Assembly (NCBI RefSeq): GCF_006345805.1
Contig: NC_043007.1
Location: forward strand, 23,250,001 to 23,314,000
Reading direction: 5' to 3'
Source of the DNA: Octopus sinensis
Taxonomy: Eukaryota
Length of the DNA stretch: 64,000 nucleotides
This document shows, piece by piece, positions 38,304-51,394 of the stretch (its first letter is position 1; each line of letters opens with the position of its first letter). The notes beneath the pieces are model-generated. The model was given only the letters and a program-made list of their open reading frames with translations, had not been told where the DNA came from and ran no database searches. The position numbers and the translations under genes are program-made.

Positions 38304-38865
38304 TTGGGTTGTCCGGAAAGTTCGTGCCGGTTTTTAAAGGAAAGAAAAAGGTCAATAAATACTTGCCATTACATTTTCAACCAAATATGAACCATTTTGT
38401 TGCACAATGCGTCTCCATCTTTTCTTTAACTTGAAAATACCCTCTTCACAGAATTGAGGTGGTTTCATGGCAAAGAATTCAACAAGGTGTCTTTTTACGT
38501 CATCCAAGGAATTGAAATTTTTACCATTAAGACTATTCTGCAGAGACCTGAATAAGTGGAAATCAGAAGGAGCAATATCTAGTGAATATACAGGGTGGGG
38601 TAACACCTCCCAGCCGAGCTGCAGCAATTTTTGTCTGGTTCCCAAAGCATCAAGTGCCGAAAATGAACTTTCTTAACTTCCATTTTAAAGGGTTACAGAA
38701 TTAACACAAGTTATAGGAACATAAACCTTCTTCCACGAAAAGATAGCTTAAACTGTGTTCTAAATGGAAGTGTAGTCAAATCCTATTTTATAGACTCAAC
38801 CATGTTCTAAAATAAGTCGATAGGTAAGCTAATATATATCGGCACGAACTTTCCGGACAACCCAT
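38304..38865 (-). mobile_element. Internally deleted mariner with both TIRs
   Basis: About 26-bp TIRs ttgggttgtccggaaagttcgtgccg; N-terminus MEVKKVHFRHLMLW (ATG at 38683) fused to C-terminus GTRQKLLQLGWEVLPHPVYSLDIAPSDFHLFRSL. Confidence 0.92.
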
Positions 38866-39129
38866 TACAATTCTTATTCTGAATCCTATGTTAAATTATA
38901 TAGATTACGCGCATTTCATGGCAATATATCTAACGGTATTGCTCAAATAGAAGTTCTCGAAATTGAATACCATATCAATCCGACTATACTGCCAATCGTC
39001 AGGTGTAGATTATATAACACTATTTTACTATTTACATTAAATATAAAGATATGACAATGAAAATTATACAACTAGAAATCCACAACTGTTCTTATATAAT
39101 ACATGCACATGTCTTTTGGTGTGTATGTA

Positions 39130-39535
39130 TTCTTTTACTCTTTTACTTGTTTCAGTCATTTGACTGCGGCCATGCTGGAGCACCGCTTTTAGTCGATCAA
39201 ACCGCCCCCAGAGCTTATTCTTTGTAAGCCTAGTACTTATTCTACCGATCTCTTTTGCCAAACCACTAAATGACGGGGACATAAACACACCAGCGTCGGT
39301 TGTCAAGCAATATTGGGGTAACAAACAAAGACACACAAACATACTCACACACGTATATATATATACATATACGACGGGCTTCTTCGAGTTTCCGTCTACC
39401 AAATCCACTCACAAGGCTTTGGTCGTCCCGATGCTATAGTAGAAGGCACTTGCCCAATGTGCTACGCAGTAGGATTGAACCCAGGACCATGTGGTTGGTA
39501 AGCAAGCTACTTACCACACAGCCACTCCTGCGCCT
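39130..39535 (-). mobile_element. SINE-A, full length
   Basis: Tail ttgtttcagtcatttgactgcggccatgctggagcacc through head cttaccacacagccactcctgcgcct. Confidence 0.92.
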
Positions 39536-39859
39536 ATGAATATAAATGTGAGATAATCAAGTGGGTAAATATTGGTCGAGAGTATCATATGTGCGTAAGT
39601 TCAAATCTACTTACTGCATGTTTAATTCAGTTAATCTACTTTCACAATAGAGGAGATTGTATACGAAGATGTATAGCGGATGACATGTGATTAAATGGCT
39701 TCTTGTACAGGAAAGAATTTTAAAAATCCTTCGTTCACTTCACCACCGTCACTTTCCGCCCTACAGCAACCATATTACAAATATCGTAGCACCACTTGGA
39801 TGCAACACTTCAGCATACCAACGCCTTATAGAACTCAAAACGATACCTCCATTACCATC

Positions 39860-39945
39860 ACTACCACCACCCCACCACCACCACCACCACCACCACCACC
39901 TTTACCATTACCGCCGTCACCACCACCACCACCATCACCATTATA
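39860..39945. repeat. (CAC)n tract
   Basis: Direct reading. Confidence 0.9.
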
Positions 39946-41207
39946 GATCTTTACCGCCAGACAATATAACTGTCAGTTTTCTTTACAAACAATGAAAATG
40001 TCCGTTCAAGTAATTATCTTAATTGGCCTTTGTTGATCAATGTCGCGTTTTTCTATACACTTTTCCCCCACCCTCTGCTAACATACTCCCGTCAATACCT
40101 CGCCAGTTCATTACATCACCGTGATCAAACTTAGGCTTTTTCGCTCACCCCTTCTCCTCTAAATGCGTCATTATTTTTGAGTAGCTTCTACGTGGTTGCT
40201 CGGTCTGTGAGAAATAGCTGTCAGATCTCTCAAAACTCGTATTCTGGTCGTCTTACACGTTAGATAATATACTCCTAGATATATTGTGCATGAATAAGAG
40301 ATGGAATGATTATGACCAGAAAGATTTTGATCATGCAGTTACTCAATCAAGACTGAATGGGCGGGGTGCTACGTAACAACATTGACTCTAACCCCGCACA
40401 AGGGAACCGCTATGTAGTCGCTTAGCTTGCTAGAAAAAGCTGCCTAACCCTCCTCAAATTACAACCTACTGTCTTAAATAAAGAGATATTGGACAATACA
40501 GTCCCTGGTATATACACAAAGCGAGCGTGTAGTACATGCTACCGAGTCACTCTGCATAAGCTCATAAGCTAAAGCGTTCAGTGCAGAACCTAGAGAGGGG
40601 CCTGATAGGTGATAGAGATACGCATACGTAAAGTGGACCTTAGTGAAAATACTATGCAACCATTTTAAAGTGTTTTTATCCGTGCAGGACTGTACATCGG
40701 ACTGTCGTTGAACGTTTCTAGTAATACATCAGTTTTATAATGAGAATAGGTTGCTAATCCAATGTACTGTACAAGATCGCCTTGGATCCATCATTTCGTA
40801 TCGAGTTAGAAGTATGATGGGCAGGAACGCGAAATTCGAATCGCTACATATGAGATTCCAGCTCTCATAGCCATAAATAATACTTACCCATTGGCATTGA
40901 GCACTCTTTTGAACTTCTCGCCGATAGCAAAGTACTATACATACGTATATACATACATACATACATACATTTATGCACATACACACGCGCATACACACGC
41001 ACACACACGAACATATATACCAGATATATAATCTATTAAAAATGAATTATGTTTTTATCAAGTATATTTGTTGACACACCCAATAGTATTTGTGAGATGC
41101 ACTTATGGTAGAATATGAGATCTCTTTGAACTAGTTCTGTTTCCATTTTATATGTTTGTGCATCACTGACGTTATTTTTTCGGTTTTTTTTTTTTTGCTT
41201 TTATTTT

Positions 41208-41417
41208 TAGGCATAGCTGTGTGTTAAGTAGTTATTTGAAAACCGGTATTGCTTTGTTTACGCCCCTGTGATCTAGCGATTCGGTTAAAGAGAATGATAG
41301 AATAAATACCAGACTTCAAAAATAAGGAGTGCGATCGATTTGTTCGACTAAACTCCTTCAAGGCGGTGTCCCAGCATGGCTGCAGTTCAATGACTGAAAC
41401 AAGCAAAAGATAAAAGA
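41208..41417 (+). mobile_element. Internally deleted SINE-A
   Basis: Short head joined to the 3' body and ggcggtgtcccagcatggc tail. Confidence 0.75.
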
Positions 41418-41594
41418 AACCGACCCATAAAAATGTGTCATGTCATTAACTATGCACTAAATATTCGATAAGTTACATTGAAGTTTTGTGGGCTGTCATC
41501 CAACTTCTTTTATTTTGCCCCTTTTCACTTCATTTTCCGCTTGTATTCTCTCATATCCTCATTATTTAACTTATACTAATATACTTACAAATTA

Positions 41595-42076
41595 CCTTCA
41601 AGTTTTGGCTCAAGGCCAACAGTTTCAGAGGAGGGGTAAGTCAGTGGAATTTGAACACAGAACGTGTAGATGGGGAAATGTCGCGAAGTATTTTGCCCGG
41701 TGTGCTAATGATTCTTATTTCTTCATTGCCCACAAGGGGCTAAACATAGAGGGGACAAACAAGGACAGACAAAGGGATTAAGTTGATTACATTGACCCCA
41801 GTGTGAAACTGGTACTTTATTTATCGACCTTGAAAAGATTAAAGGCAAAGTCGACCTCGGCGGAATTTGAACTCAGAACGTAACGACAGACGAAATACCT
41901 ATTTCTTTATATCGATTACATCGACCCCAGTGCGTAACTGGTACTTAATTTATGGACCCCGAAAGGATGAAAGGCAAAGTCGACCTCGGCGGAATTTGAA
42001 CTCACAACGTAACGACAGACGAAATACCGCTAAGCATTTCACCCGGCGCACTAACGTGTCTGCCAGCTCGCCGCCC
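41595..42076 (-). mobile_element. Triple nested SINE-B
   Basis: Junctions at 41898/41899 and 41713/41714. Confidence 0.85.
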
Positions 42077-43335
42077 TATGTAGTATCCCATCTATCTCGT
42101 GGAACTGCACTCATTTTCTAGAAATGAAGAAGTTTGTAGAGATATTCAGGGAAGATTGGCTCACCGTATTTCAAAATTTCAGTCGAGGTTCTAACTTTCG
42201 ATAGGGTTTTGCTTTTTTTTTTTTTCATGCAAAAGCTTCTATCGTAATAGTGTGAATGACTGTTTTAAGGTTGTCTCCAAACTGAACTTTATCTGATGTT
42301 CTTTGTACTGAAGAAGAAATATTCTCAGAGTCTGCTGCCTTGAGAGAAACCTGTTCAGCTAGTCTCACTGAAACTTCTTTGGTTGCAGCCTGACCTTCAG
42401 GCAAACAAGCAAATCGTCTGCATTACAAACTAACTGCATTGTGGTATGTTTTAGTCGGCAAACAATTTTTGAGATGAGGACACTTGACAGTGACAATGAT
42501 TATGTTGCGCAGACATTTAGACTGTATCTCCAGGATACTCTATGATGGCTTTTGAAACCAAAGTAGATGTTAGTGACACATAAACTGTGATAAGCACAGT
42601 TCTAGGAGTTGTTGACTATTGGCTATTATGTTGCCAGTACAATAGCGATCTAAATAAATAGTCCAAGCATGCTAGTTTAGCACTGGTGTCGCCTATTATG
42701 AAGGGCCCTTTTTATTATAAAAGATATTATCTTGATAATATCTGCTAAGTACTCCCGTACCACTTCTCTTCTAGTAATGTACAGTTATTGGGCGTTAAAT
42801 TCATCGTGTTGTTATTCTTGTATATTTCTCGTATTACACTTTATGGAATCTATGTCTGCTATAGTCTGGTCCTATACTACAAAGAATATACTAAGACTCA
42901 GGCTGAAAATATGTTGACGTAGATAGTTTTTTACTGAGATGAGATTTTTTAAATGTTTTTGAATGTCAAAATGTTCATTTTTCATTCTCATCTGCAAAGC
43001 TTTTTTTTACTCATGTCGAAAGCATTTGAAGAAAGCGAAATTTTCCAGGTCCTTTATAATCTCCATCTCTGGAATTCTAAACAGCCAGCTCGGCTTGTCA
43101 GTCTGTCTCATTGTCCTGTCATCTTGTATTTACCCAGTGCAAAGGATGTCTCAAAGCCCTCGCCAAATTGCTTGACCAGCTTGGCGGGTGTCATTTGCGA
43201 CATACAATTTTAGATCCTCCCTGAAGAGAATTGGTGGATGGACCTCGTCTTCCCACTTTAGTAACCTATAGTATTCCTATTCTTTTATTTATTTATTTAT
43301 TCATTTATTTATTTATTTATTTTCTCTTTTTAAAG

Positions 43336-43405
43336 GTTTTTGCACCTCGGAATTACTAGCTGACTCGTGAAATACACAGACGAAAACCATGAGCGACGAA
43401 ATAGG
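43336..43405 (+). other. Candidate exon containing an ATG (MSDEIG.., phase 2)
   Basis: Pyrimidine tract ttttctctttttaaag| acceptor; aaaaccATGA context; GG|GTAAGA donor; no transcript evidence. Confidence 0.3.
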
Positions 43406-44324
43406 GTAAGAATGTATTTTTGGTTGTGTATCCTTCTGATTACAGTTGTATGTTCGTATTGCAGGTTGTTAACAATATTACCCTTGATTTAAGAGCTTCA
43501 CTCTCAGTGATCTAATATCACGTAATGGGATAATTATAGCGAAAAACAGTGGAATAAACATAGCTGTGAATAAAATAGCAGAACCACGAATAAGCAAATT
43601 GGTAGAGTGTGGTTACGGATAGTACTATTTTTGCTTACAAACTTCAGCCGTGCATAAAGTGGTCGAGCGTCGGTCATCAATAACAACCATCACAGGCACA
43701 GTATAATTTAGGAGTGTTTCGTTACATCGCAAGACTGACTACAAACACTTCCAGTGTTATAGTCAGGAGTTGAATGAGCTTCTTCAGATTGGTTTGCTTT
43801 AGATATACTTTTCGGTAACGAAAATTTCTTATGAATAAAGCAATATTTGTTGTGTTCCGATACTTACCAAATAGTAAACATAAGATAGAGCTTTATATTT
43901 CATGTTTTAAGCATATGTTGAATCTGACTCTCTTCCATTATTTCGCACCATGTTAAAGTGTTCTATGTGTTATTAAATGGTTTAAGTCTGTCTGCATTAT
44001 TCAGTGAGAGTGTAAATTGTACCTAATTTAATCCATGTCTGTCTCAGAGAGAGATCCTGCTTTAAAGGTGAAATATGATAGACCTTACCCTTGCTTTCAC
44101 AGTGATACATTCATAGGGGATATTGTCAATCCTTGGGTAGAAACTGTAGTTTGTTGGGAGCGTTTGTTGTAGTTTATTATTATCAACTCTAGTGCTATTA
44201 AACTACTGCCCTAGAGTTAATAAACAGCCCTGACTGAACAAACTTGCAATCAAAGGCACTTCAACTGTGATCACGCCATCTTTTCTTTAGACACAATGTA
44301 TCTAGGACTATATAACCTAATGTT

Positions 44325-44540
44325 TAAGACGGCAAGCTGGCAGAAACGTTAGCACGCCGGGCGAAATGCTTAGCCGTATTTCGTCTGCCGCTACGTTCCG
44401 AGGTTGACTTTGCCTTTCATCCTTTCGGGGTCGTTAAATAAGTACCAGTTACGCACTGGGGTCGATATAATCGACTTAATCCGTTTGTCTGTCCTTGTTT
44501 GTCCCCTCTGTGTTTAGCCCCTAGTGGGTAGTAAAGAAAA
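44325..44540 (+). mobile_element. SINE-B (tail type 1)
   Basis: Head ggcaagctggcagaaacgttagc; tail gtccttgtttgtcccctctgtgtttagcccc..gtaaagaaa. Confidence 0.9.
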
Positions 44541-44767
44541 ATTTATATAACCTAATGTATCTTTTTTGAGACGATAGGATGTAATTTGAGGAATATGTGG
44601 CTGATAGTGGTAGTAGCTCCCTTAATGGCTCCTCCGTTGTGGATTTTAATCGCGGAGAAATTTTTTTCTTGACACAGAATGGGATGTCACTGATGGACAA
44701 CGACTTGATTTCCATATTTAGAATCATATAAACTTTATCACTGAGAGGTAAGTGTTTGTGATATATA

Positions 44768-44998
44768 TTTCTTTACTACCCTCAAGGGGCTAAACACAGA
44801 GAGGACAAACAAGGACGAACAAACGGATCAAGTCGATTACATCGACCCCAGTGCGAAACTGGTACATAATTTATCTACCCAGAAAGGATGACAGGCAAAG
44901 TCGACCTGGGCGGAATTTGAACTCAGAACGTAAAGTCAGACGAAATACAGCTAAGCATTTCGCCCGGCGTGCTAACGATTCTGCCAACTCTCCGCCAA
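44768..44998 (-). mobile_element. SINE-B (tail type 1)
   Basis: Reverse copy ending aaagaaata in (TA). Confidence 0.9.
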
Positions 44999-45589
44999 GT
45001 GTTTGTGATCTGGTAAACGCCACAGCCTTGTTCGTGACATAAAATCACCGAGCTTGACTCAGCAAGCTGCGATTCTTGATAATCCGCAATTAATTAATTG
45101 AAATAATCTCATTTCCACAATTTAACTTAAAATTGTATTACTCCGGCTTTCAGTTAGCCACTAACAAAACTGATATTTCATTTAATTTTGCGTTTCCATT
45201 TCGAAGTCACTGAATAGTGACCCACATTTCCCGGAACTATGTTATATTATATTACGGCTTGCAACTACAGACTGAAGATAATATATCATTACCGCTCGTA
45301 TTTCACTCTACAAAATCTGTCATCGCAGAATATAGGTGACTGTAGTCAAATTTCTTGCACGTATTGTACGCTTAGGATAAAAGTTAATTACATCCTCAAA
45401 CACATCATATACTAGGAACACTAACATCTACTGTTTTTGACTGCCCTTGATTGAAACCAACCACGAAAGTACTCATGTTATAAACTCTGACCGCTTCTTC
45501 CTCTCATTTTACTTCCTACTCGTTATGCAGCTTTCACACTACTCCCACCACTGTTTATTGGCTTGGCTACCTCTTCCCTCTCTTTTCTC

Positions 45590-45623
45590 TCTATTTTTCT
45601 CTCTGTCTCTGTCTCTGTCTCTC

Positions 45624-45674
<51 letters not shown>

Positions 45675-45819
45675 CTCTGTCTGTCTATCTCTGTCTCTGT
45701 CTCTCTCTTTTCTCTCTGTTTTTGATCACATCAGCTTGTCTACATCACCCATTTTCTCATTCGCAACTTTGCGACATGGTCAATACGATCTATGTACATT
45801 AGCTCTCTTTCTCCCTCCC

Positions 45820-45858
<39 letters not shown>

Positions 45859-45900
45859 CTCTCTCACACTGAAGAACGACTTTGTCCGAAACGTTAGATT
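45590..45900 (+). repeat. (CT)/(TATC) tract ending in a minimal hammerhead-like motif (45869-45895)
   Basis: CTGAAGA-A-CGAC-ttt-GTCC-GAAAC-GTT. Confidence 0.55.
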
Positions 45901-46046
45901 CTTTCACTCTTCACGGTTAACCAATTCAATAAACTGTTGTACAAAACTTTTTACGGATTGATTTCTTTTTGCCAGTTTCCACGGATTCTGGATTATGCCG
46001 ACCAAATTATATCTGTTGGATTTAATGCAGGAGTGTAACGTTTAGA

Positions 46047-46082
<36 letters not shown>

Positions 46083-46149
46083 TATTAACGTTCATCATGA
46101 TCGCGATAAAGATTTTTACTAATGCTATTCAAGGTTAACTACGAGTGTG

Positions 46150-46612
46150 TTTGAGTTCTAATAACTTCCGCGGCAGGATTTGAATTCCGAATACAAAGGG
46201 CCGGATAAAATACTGCAAACAATCCTGTCCGAACCTCTAACGATTCCATCAGTGAACAGTTCTAGACAAGCATTATTTATCGATTCCAAAAGAAGGAAAG
46301 GCAAAGTTGACTTTGGAGAGAATAGCACTCAGAACACAAAAGCCGAAATAAGTACTGCAAGACCCAGAATAAATACCGCAAAGACCCGGAATAAATATTC
46401 TTTTCTACTCTAGGCACAATGCCCGAAATTTTGGGGGAGGAGGCCAGTCGATCAGATCGAACCCAGTACTTAACCCAGTACCTAATTTATCGATCCCGAA
46501 AGGATGAAAGGCAAAGTCGACCTCGGCAGGATTTGAACTCAGAACGTAAAGACAGACAAAATACAGCTAAGCATTTCGCCCGGCGTGCTAACGTTTTTGC
46601 TAGCTCACCGCT
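46150..46612 (-). mobile_element. Two SINE-B copies (degenerate 46150-46330; good 46395-46612)
   Basis: Body motifs gaaaggatgaaaggcaaagtcgacctcggc. Confidence 0.8.
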
Positions 46613-47489
46613 ATAGCCAGAACAAATATTGTTCATACATCGATACTTAACCAAAGACATCTTCAAAATGCAAGCGTCGTTCTACCTACACCGAAACTAG
46701 TGTGTTCGGACTGTACTTCAGCTATTACAGAGTTCCAAATGTGAGGTGATTTGCAGTCCACCGGTCGTCAAACTCGTTAGATATATTCTCAAAAGGAGTT
46801 TTTCAGAACTAGATACGGTATAGCTAAATATTCGTACTTCGGTCTTCGGAGGAAAGATCCTTATTCCACACTTCTCACCTTCACGTTGAAAGCATAACTG
46901 CCATAAGTTAATTAGTAAGTTGTTTTCAATGGATTGGCCTTCGATCCAGGTGGAAGATTTGTATCTGATGACCTCATAGTTATAGAAACTGACTTGAATC
47001 TCCGGCTCAATAGATAACACTGGTTCCTGAAAGAGTTAACAACGTATACAAAGCTGGTTTCTCATATTCCTATCGAAACGTAGTCACGTTGATCCAATTG
47101 TCTTCCAGAAGATAAGAAAAAATAATCGAATCCAGTATTGGAAAAACGTCTGATTCCAGTGCTATATTATCGATTATGGTGATGTAACTATTTGCCTTCA
47201 ATTAATATTGTCTCCGCATCATCTAAACGCTTAAGAAGATAATTTGAAAGTGGTGAATTAAAATGCGAAGTTCCTCTTGATAATTGGAACCTCATTAAAT
47301 TATTGGCAATAATAAAACCAATGACGGACTTTTGTCTATTGCATATAGAGGTCACTGTATATAATAAACATGCACAAATACACATACAAATGCGCACACA
47401 CTCTAACATAAACACAAGCACACATATTTATGTACACACACTCTCTCAATCTCGCTCTCGCTCTCTCTCCCTTGGAGGGATGGTTATGT

Positions 47490-47644
47490 TTACATATATA
47501 AATACATATATATGTGTGTATATATATACATATATATATATATATATACATATATACGTGTGTATATATATATATATGCATATATATATATATATGTATG
47601 TATGTATATATATATATATGTATGTATATTTATATATGTATATA

Positions 47645-47675
<31 letters not shown>

Positions 47676-47815
47676 TATAAAGTGTGAAGATATCTTTAAA
47701 CACACAGGCACAATCACACAAACATACATAGATATACACATACATATGCATGTATGTATGTATGTATGTATGTATGTATGTATGTATGTATGTATGTATG
47801 TATGCACGTATGTAT
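47490..47815. repeat. (TA)n/(TATG)n microsatellites
   Basis: Direct reading. Confidence 0.95.
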
Positions 47816-48280
47816 GTATCTCTCTATCTGTCTATGCATGCACATGCATGTACACTGTAACTATTGTTGTCTTGTTGTTGTTGTATCTATTGACATCGCT
47901 GTCATCGTTGTTGATTAGGCTCTTGTTTTTATTATTCACGTTGCTATTGCTTATATTGATGTTTTATTTTAATACAGCAATTTAAATTGTTATTTCCCCC
48001 TTTTCAGTGTTTTTGTTGTTGTTGCTGTTGCCATTGTTATGATATTTTCCTGGTCGTTAGTCATTGTAGTGCTGGGAAGGTAATTATTGCTAAAAGGGGT
48101 GATAATGCCAGTGTGTCGGTTTTTCTTGTCTTATCTTCTTTTTTTTCCTTTCGTTTTTTTTTTGTTTTGTTTTTTGTTTTCTATGGGGTGTGTTTTGGTG
48201 CTGATGGCAGTAATTGGAAAATACAATCATTTATATGAATACCAGCAGCATACTACACACTGACTTCATACATACATACA

Positions 48281-48316
<36 letters not shown>

Positions 48317-48842
48317 TATATTATATATGTTTTTATTTTTATTTTTATTTTATTTTATCTAGTTTCACCTCACGAGCTGTGGCCATGCTGGGGCACCGCC
48401 CATATTTATATGTATATTATATATATCTAATATATATATTACTTATATTGTATATACATACATCTGCATATACATAGACAGGCACGAACGCACACACACA
48501 CACATACACACACATCGCGCGCACATGTTAAACTATAGTCAGCGAGGTACTTTTAATGCACCAGTAAGTAATTTATTAATCGAACCAGCTAACAAGAAAG
48601 TGTTATGTATGCCAATGGGTCTCTCCGGTTTACTCAAGAGTAGATTTCTAATCAATGCCGCTACGGATGATTAGCGACGGTATTTGGTAACTAATAAAAT
48701 CCCAACACACTATCGTAATTTCATAATTCATCCTGCTGATACCCCTTCTTTCTTGCAAGCTGAGATATTGTAAACAGGGACGAAGTGTTTATATCCATCT
48801 GTATAAAGTTTATAGATATATTCTAAAGTAAGTATAAATATA

Positions 48843-49182
48843 AGTGGCTGTGTGGTATGTAGCTTGCTTACGAACCGCATGGCTCCGGGTTCAGTCCCAC
48901 TGCGTGACACCTTGGGCAAATGTCTTCTACTATAACCTCGGGCCGACCAAAATCTTGTGAGTGGATTTGGTAGACGGAAACTGAAAGAAGTCCGTCGTAT
49001 ATATGTATATATATGTGTGTGTGTGTGTGAGTGTGTGTGTGTTTCTGTGTTTGTCCCCCTCAACATCGCTTGACAACCGATGGTGGTGTGTTTACATCCC
49101 CGTAACTTAGCAGTTCGGCAAAAGAGACCGCTAGAATAAGTACTAGGCTTACAAAGAATAAGTCCTGGGGTCGATTTGTTCG
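48843..49182 (+). mobile_element. SINE-A lacking its 3' tail
   Basis: Complete head and body; stops at gtcgatttgttcga. Confidence 0.9.
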
Positions 49183-49750
49183 AGAGTAATTCAGGGTCAG
49201 CACGGGAGCTAGACAGGGCTATTTGTTGTCACCGCTCCTGTTCCTCGTCGTGCTTGACTGGGTCACCATGACAGCCTACGCTACCTCCGGAAAAGCTATT
49301 CAGCTGGAAGACTTGGACTACGCAGATGATCTCGCGCTACTGTCACATCGCCTGCAAGACATGCAAGATAAGGTAGACCACCTGACAGAAACTTCATGGC
49401 GAGTGGGCTTGAGGATCAGCCCGGAAAAGACATAAGTGCTGCGTATCAACAACAAGCTGGAAGAGCCAATCACAATCGAAGGGGCACCTGTGGAGGATGT
49501 TAGTGAGTTTGTCTATCTTGGCAGCAAGATCAGCAAATCAGGTGGATCAGACGAGGACATCACGGCAAGAAGCAAGACGGCTTGGCAAGCCTTCGCTATT
49601 CTTCGGCCGGTATAGAAGTCCACTGCCATCTCAACTCGAAATAAACTCTGCTTATTTAGTTCAAACGTAAAATCTGTGCTTTTGTGTAGCTCTGAAACAT
49701 GGAGAGCCACCTGCAGCATCTACAAAAAGATCCAGACCTTCATCAACAAA
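49183..49750 (+). pseudogene. RTE-clade LINE RT fragment
   Basis: TGARQG.LLSPLLFLVVLDWV, LEDLDYADDLALLSH, GLRISPEKT, FVYLGSKIS..GSDEDI.AR, FSSNVKSVLL..SETW. Confidence 0.9.
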
Positions 49751-49779
49751 TGGTCAAGGTAAATGATGACTGGGAAAGC

Positions 49780-51115
49780 AACAGTACCCTAATGCTGACA
49801 TTGGATACAATGACCTGATCTACAACAATGCGCTGATTGAAATCGAGAATGCTCAAAATGAGTGGGGCAGCGTTGAACACATTCGGTTTGCCATCATCAT
49901 TGCGACAGGACGTTAACACACTCCCACCAAAGTTACTTCTGGCCTTGCGGAGTACCTGAGAGTAAATGAACCGAAGTTGCTCCCTGATCTGAGGCTGATG
50001 TACGAAACTGTCGTCAGTGCCGTTGAAAGACAGGTGGGCGGCATTTGTTTCCTCGATGCTGCTAGAGGTACCGGCAAATCCTTTGTAACAAAATTAATAC
50101 TCGCTAAGATTCGTCGCTAGAAACAAATTGCGCTAGCCGTTGCTTCCTCGGGAATGGCAGCTACGTTATTGCCGGGAGGTAGGACAGCGCATTCAAGCTG
50201 CCGTTACATTTGGTGAGGGCCGAGGTTCTTACTTGCAACATTGGCAAAAGTTCAGAGGAAGCTGAAGTTCTTAGACAGTGCCGTCTCATTGTATGGGACG
50301 AATGCACAATGACCAATAAGGGTGCCCTTGAGGCACTGGACCGGTGACTGAAAGGTATCAGGGATTCTACAGCTTCTATGGGTGATGTAATTCTATTGCT
50401 TTCAGGAGATTTCCGGCAAACCCTTCCTGTCATCCCTAAAGGGAACCTTAAGCACAAACATGCGTGCGCACCTGCTTGGTAATAGCACGTCTGCAGCATT
50501 TGCTGAAGACATTTTAGCCCTTGGAGAAGGCAAGGTCCTTAGGAATGATAGGGGCGAAATATCCATCTCTGATCTTTTGGAAACAGTGTTCCCCAATCTG
50601 GAAAGTAATTATGCAGACATCAATTGGCTCAGTGAAAGAACCATCCTGGCCCACAAAAACGTAGCTGTCAGTGCTATCAACGGCCATCTCAGAAGCGGAA
50701 TTCCGGGTGAGGAGCGCATCTACAAATCGATTGACCAGACCTCTGATCCCTAAGACATTGTCAGTTACCCTATCGAGTTTCTCAACTCATTGGAACCAGT
50801 AGGGCTTCCACCTCACATTCTTAGGTTAAGGTTGGATGCCCAATTATGCTAATCAGAAACTTGCTTCCGCCTAAACAGTGCAACGGGACCCGCTTAGTAA
50901 TCAAGTCCTTGACGCCTCACTTGATTGAGGCCACCATTGTTACAGGGTGCAGGAGGGGTGAAAATGTTTTCATTTCAAGGATGCAGCTTTATCCCTTGGG
51001 GTCAGACATGCCGTTTAACTTCAGTATATCGCATTTCCCGGTGAGACCATGCTTCGCCATGTCCATCAACAAATCCCAAGGCCAAACACTATCGGTGGCA
51101 GGCATCCATTTGGGG
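49780..51115 (+). pseudogene. Helitron RepHel PIF1-type helicase relic
   Basis: FLDAARGTGKS (Walker A), VASSGMAATLLPGGRTAHS, IVWDECTM, SGDFRQTLPVIP, YPIEFLNSL.PVGLPPH.L, CNGTRL, FAMSINKSQGQTL. Confidence 0.93.
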
Positions 51116-51394
51116 TTTTCCATTCAATCAGGATGAAAAAATTGATAAACCGATTCCTTATACGATTTCCCACTAAAATTGGCTACACCATCCTGTGTTG
51201 GCGAATTACGTCTCACAACTGACTGACATATCTGTCACTTCAGTTCCTGAAATCAGCTTTTATGTCCTCCGCTGAGAGTCGCGGCAGATCGTCACAGGTT
51301 GACATCGAAGTCCACCAATATCACTTAAATCATGTTATCATCTTAAAAAATACAAGTAACAGTTGAAGTACATATTAGATAAACTTATAGGAAT

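Noticed and set aside
46690-47150. Possible Penelope RT relic or hammerhead (ctgaaaga..cgaaacgta)
   Set aside because: No convincing RT motifs, and the stems do not pair.
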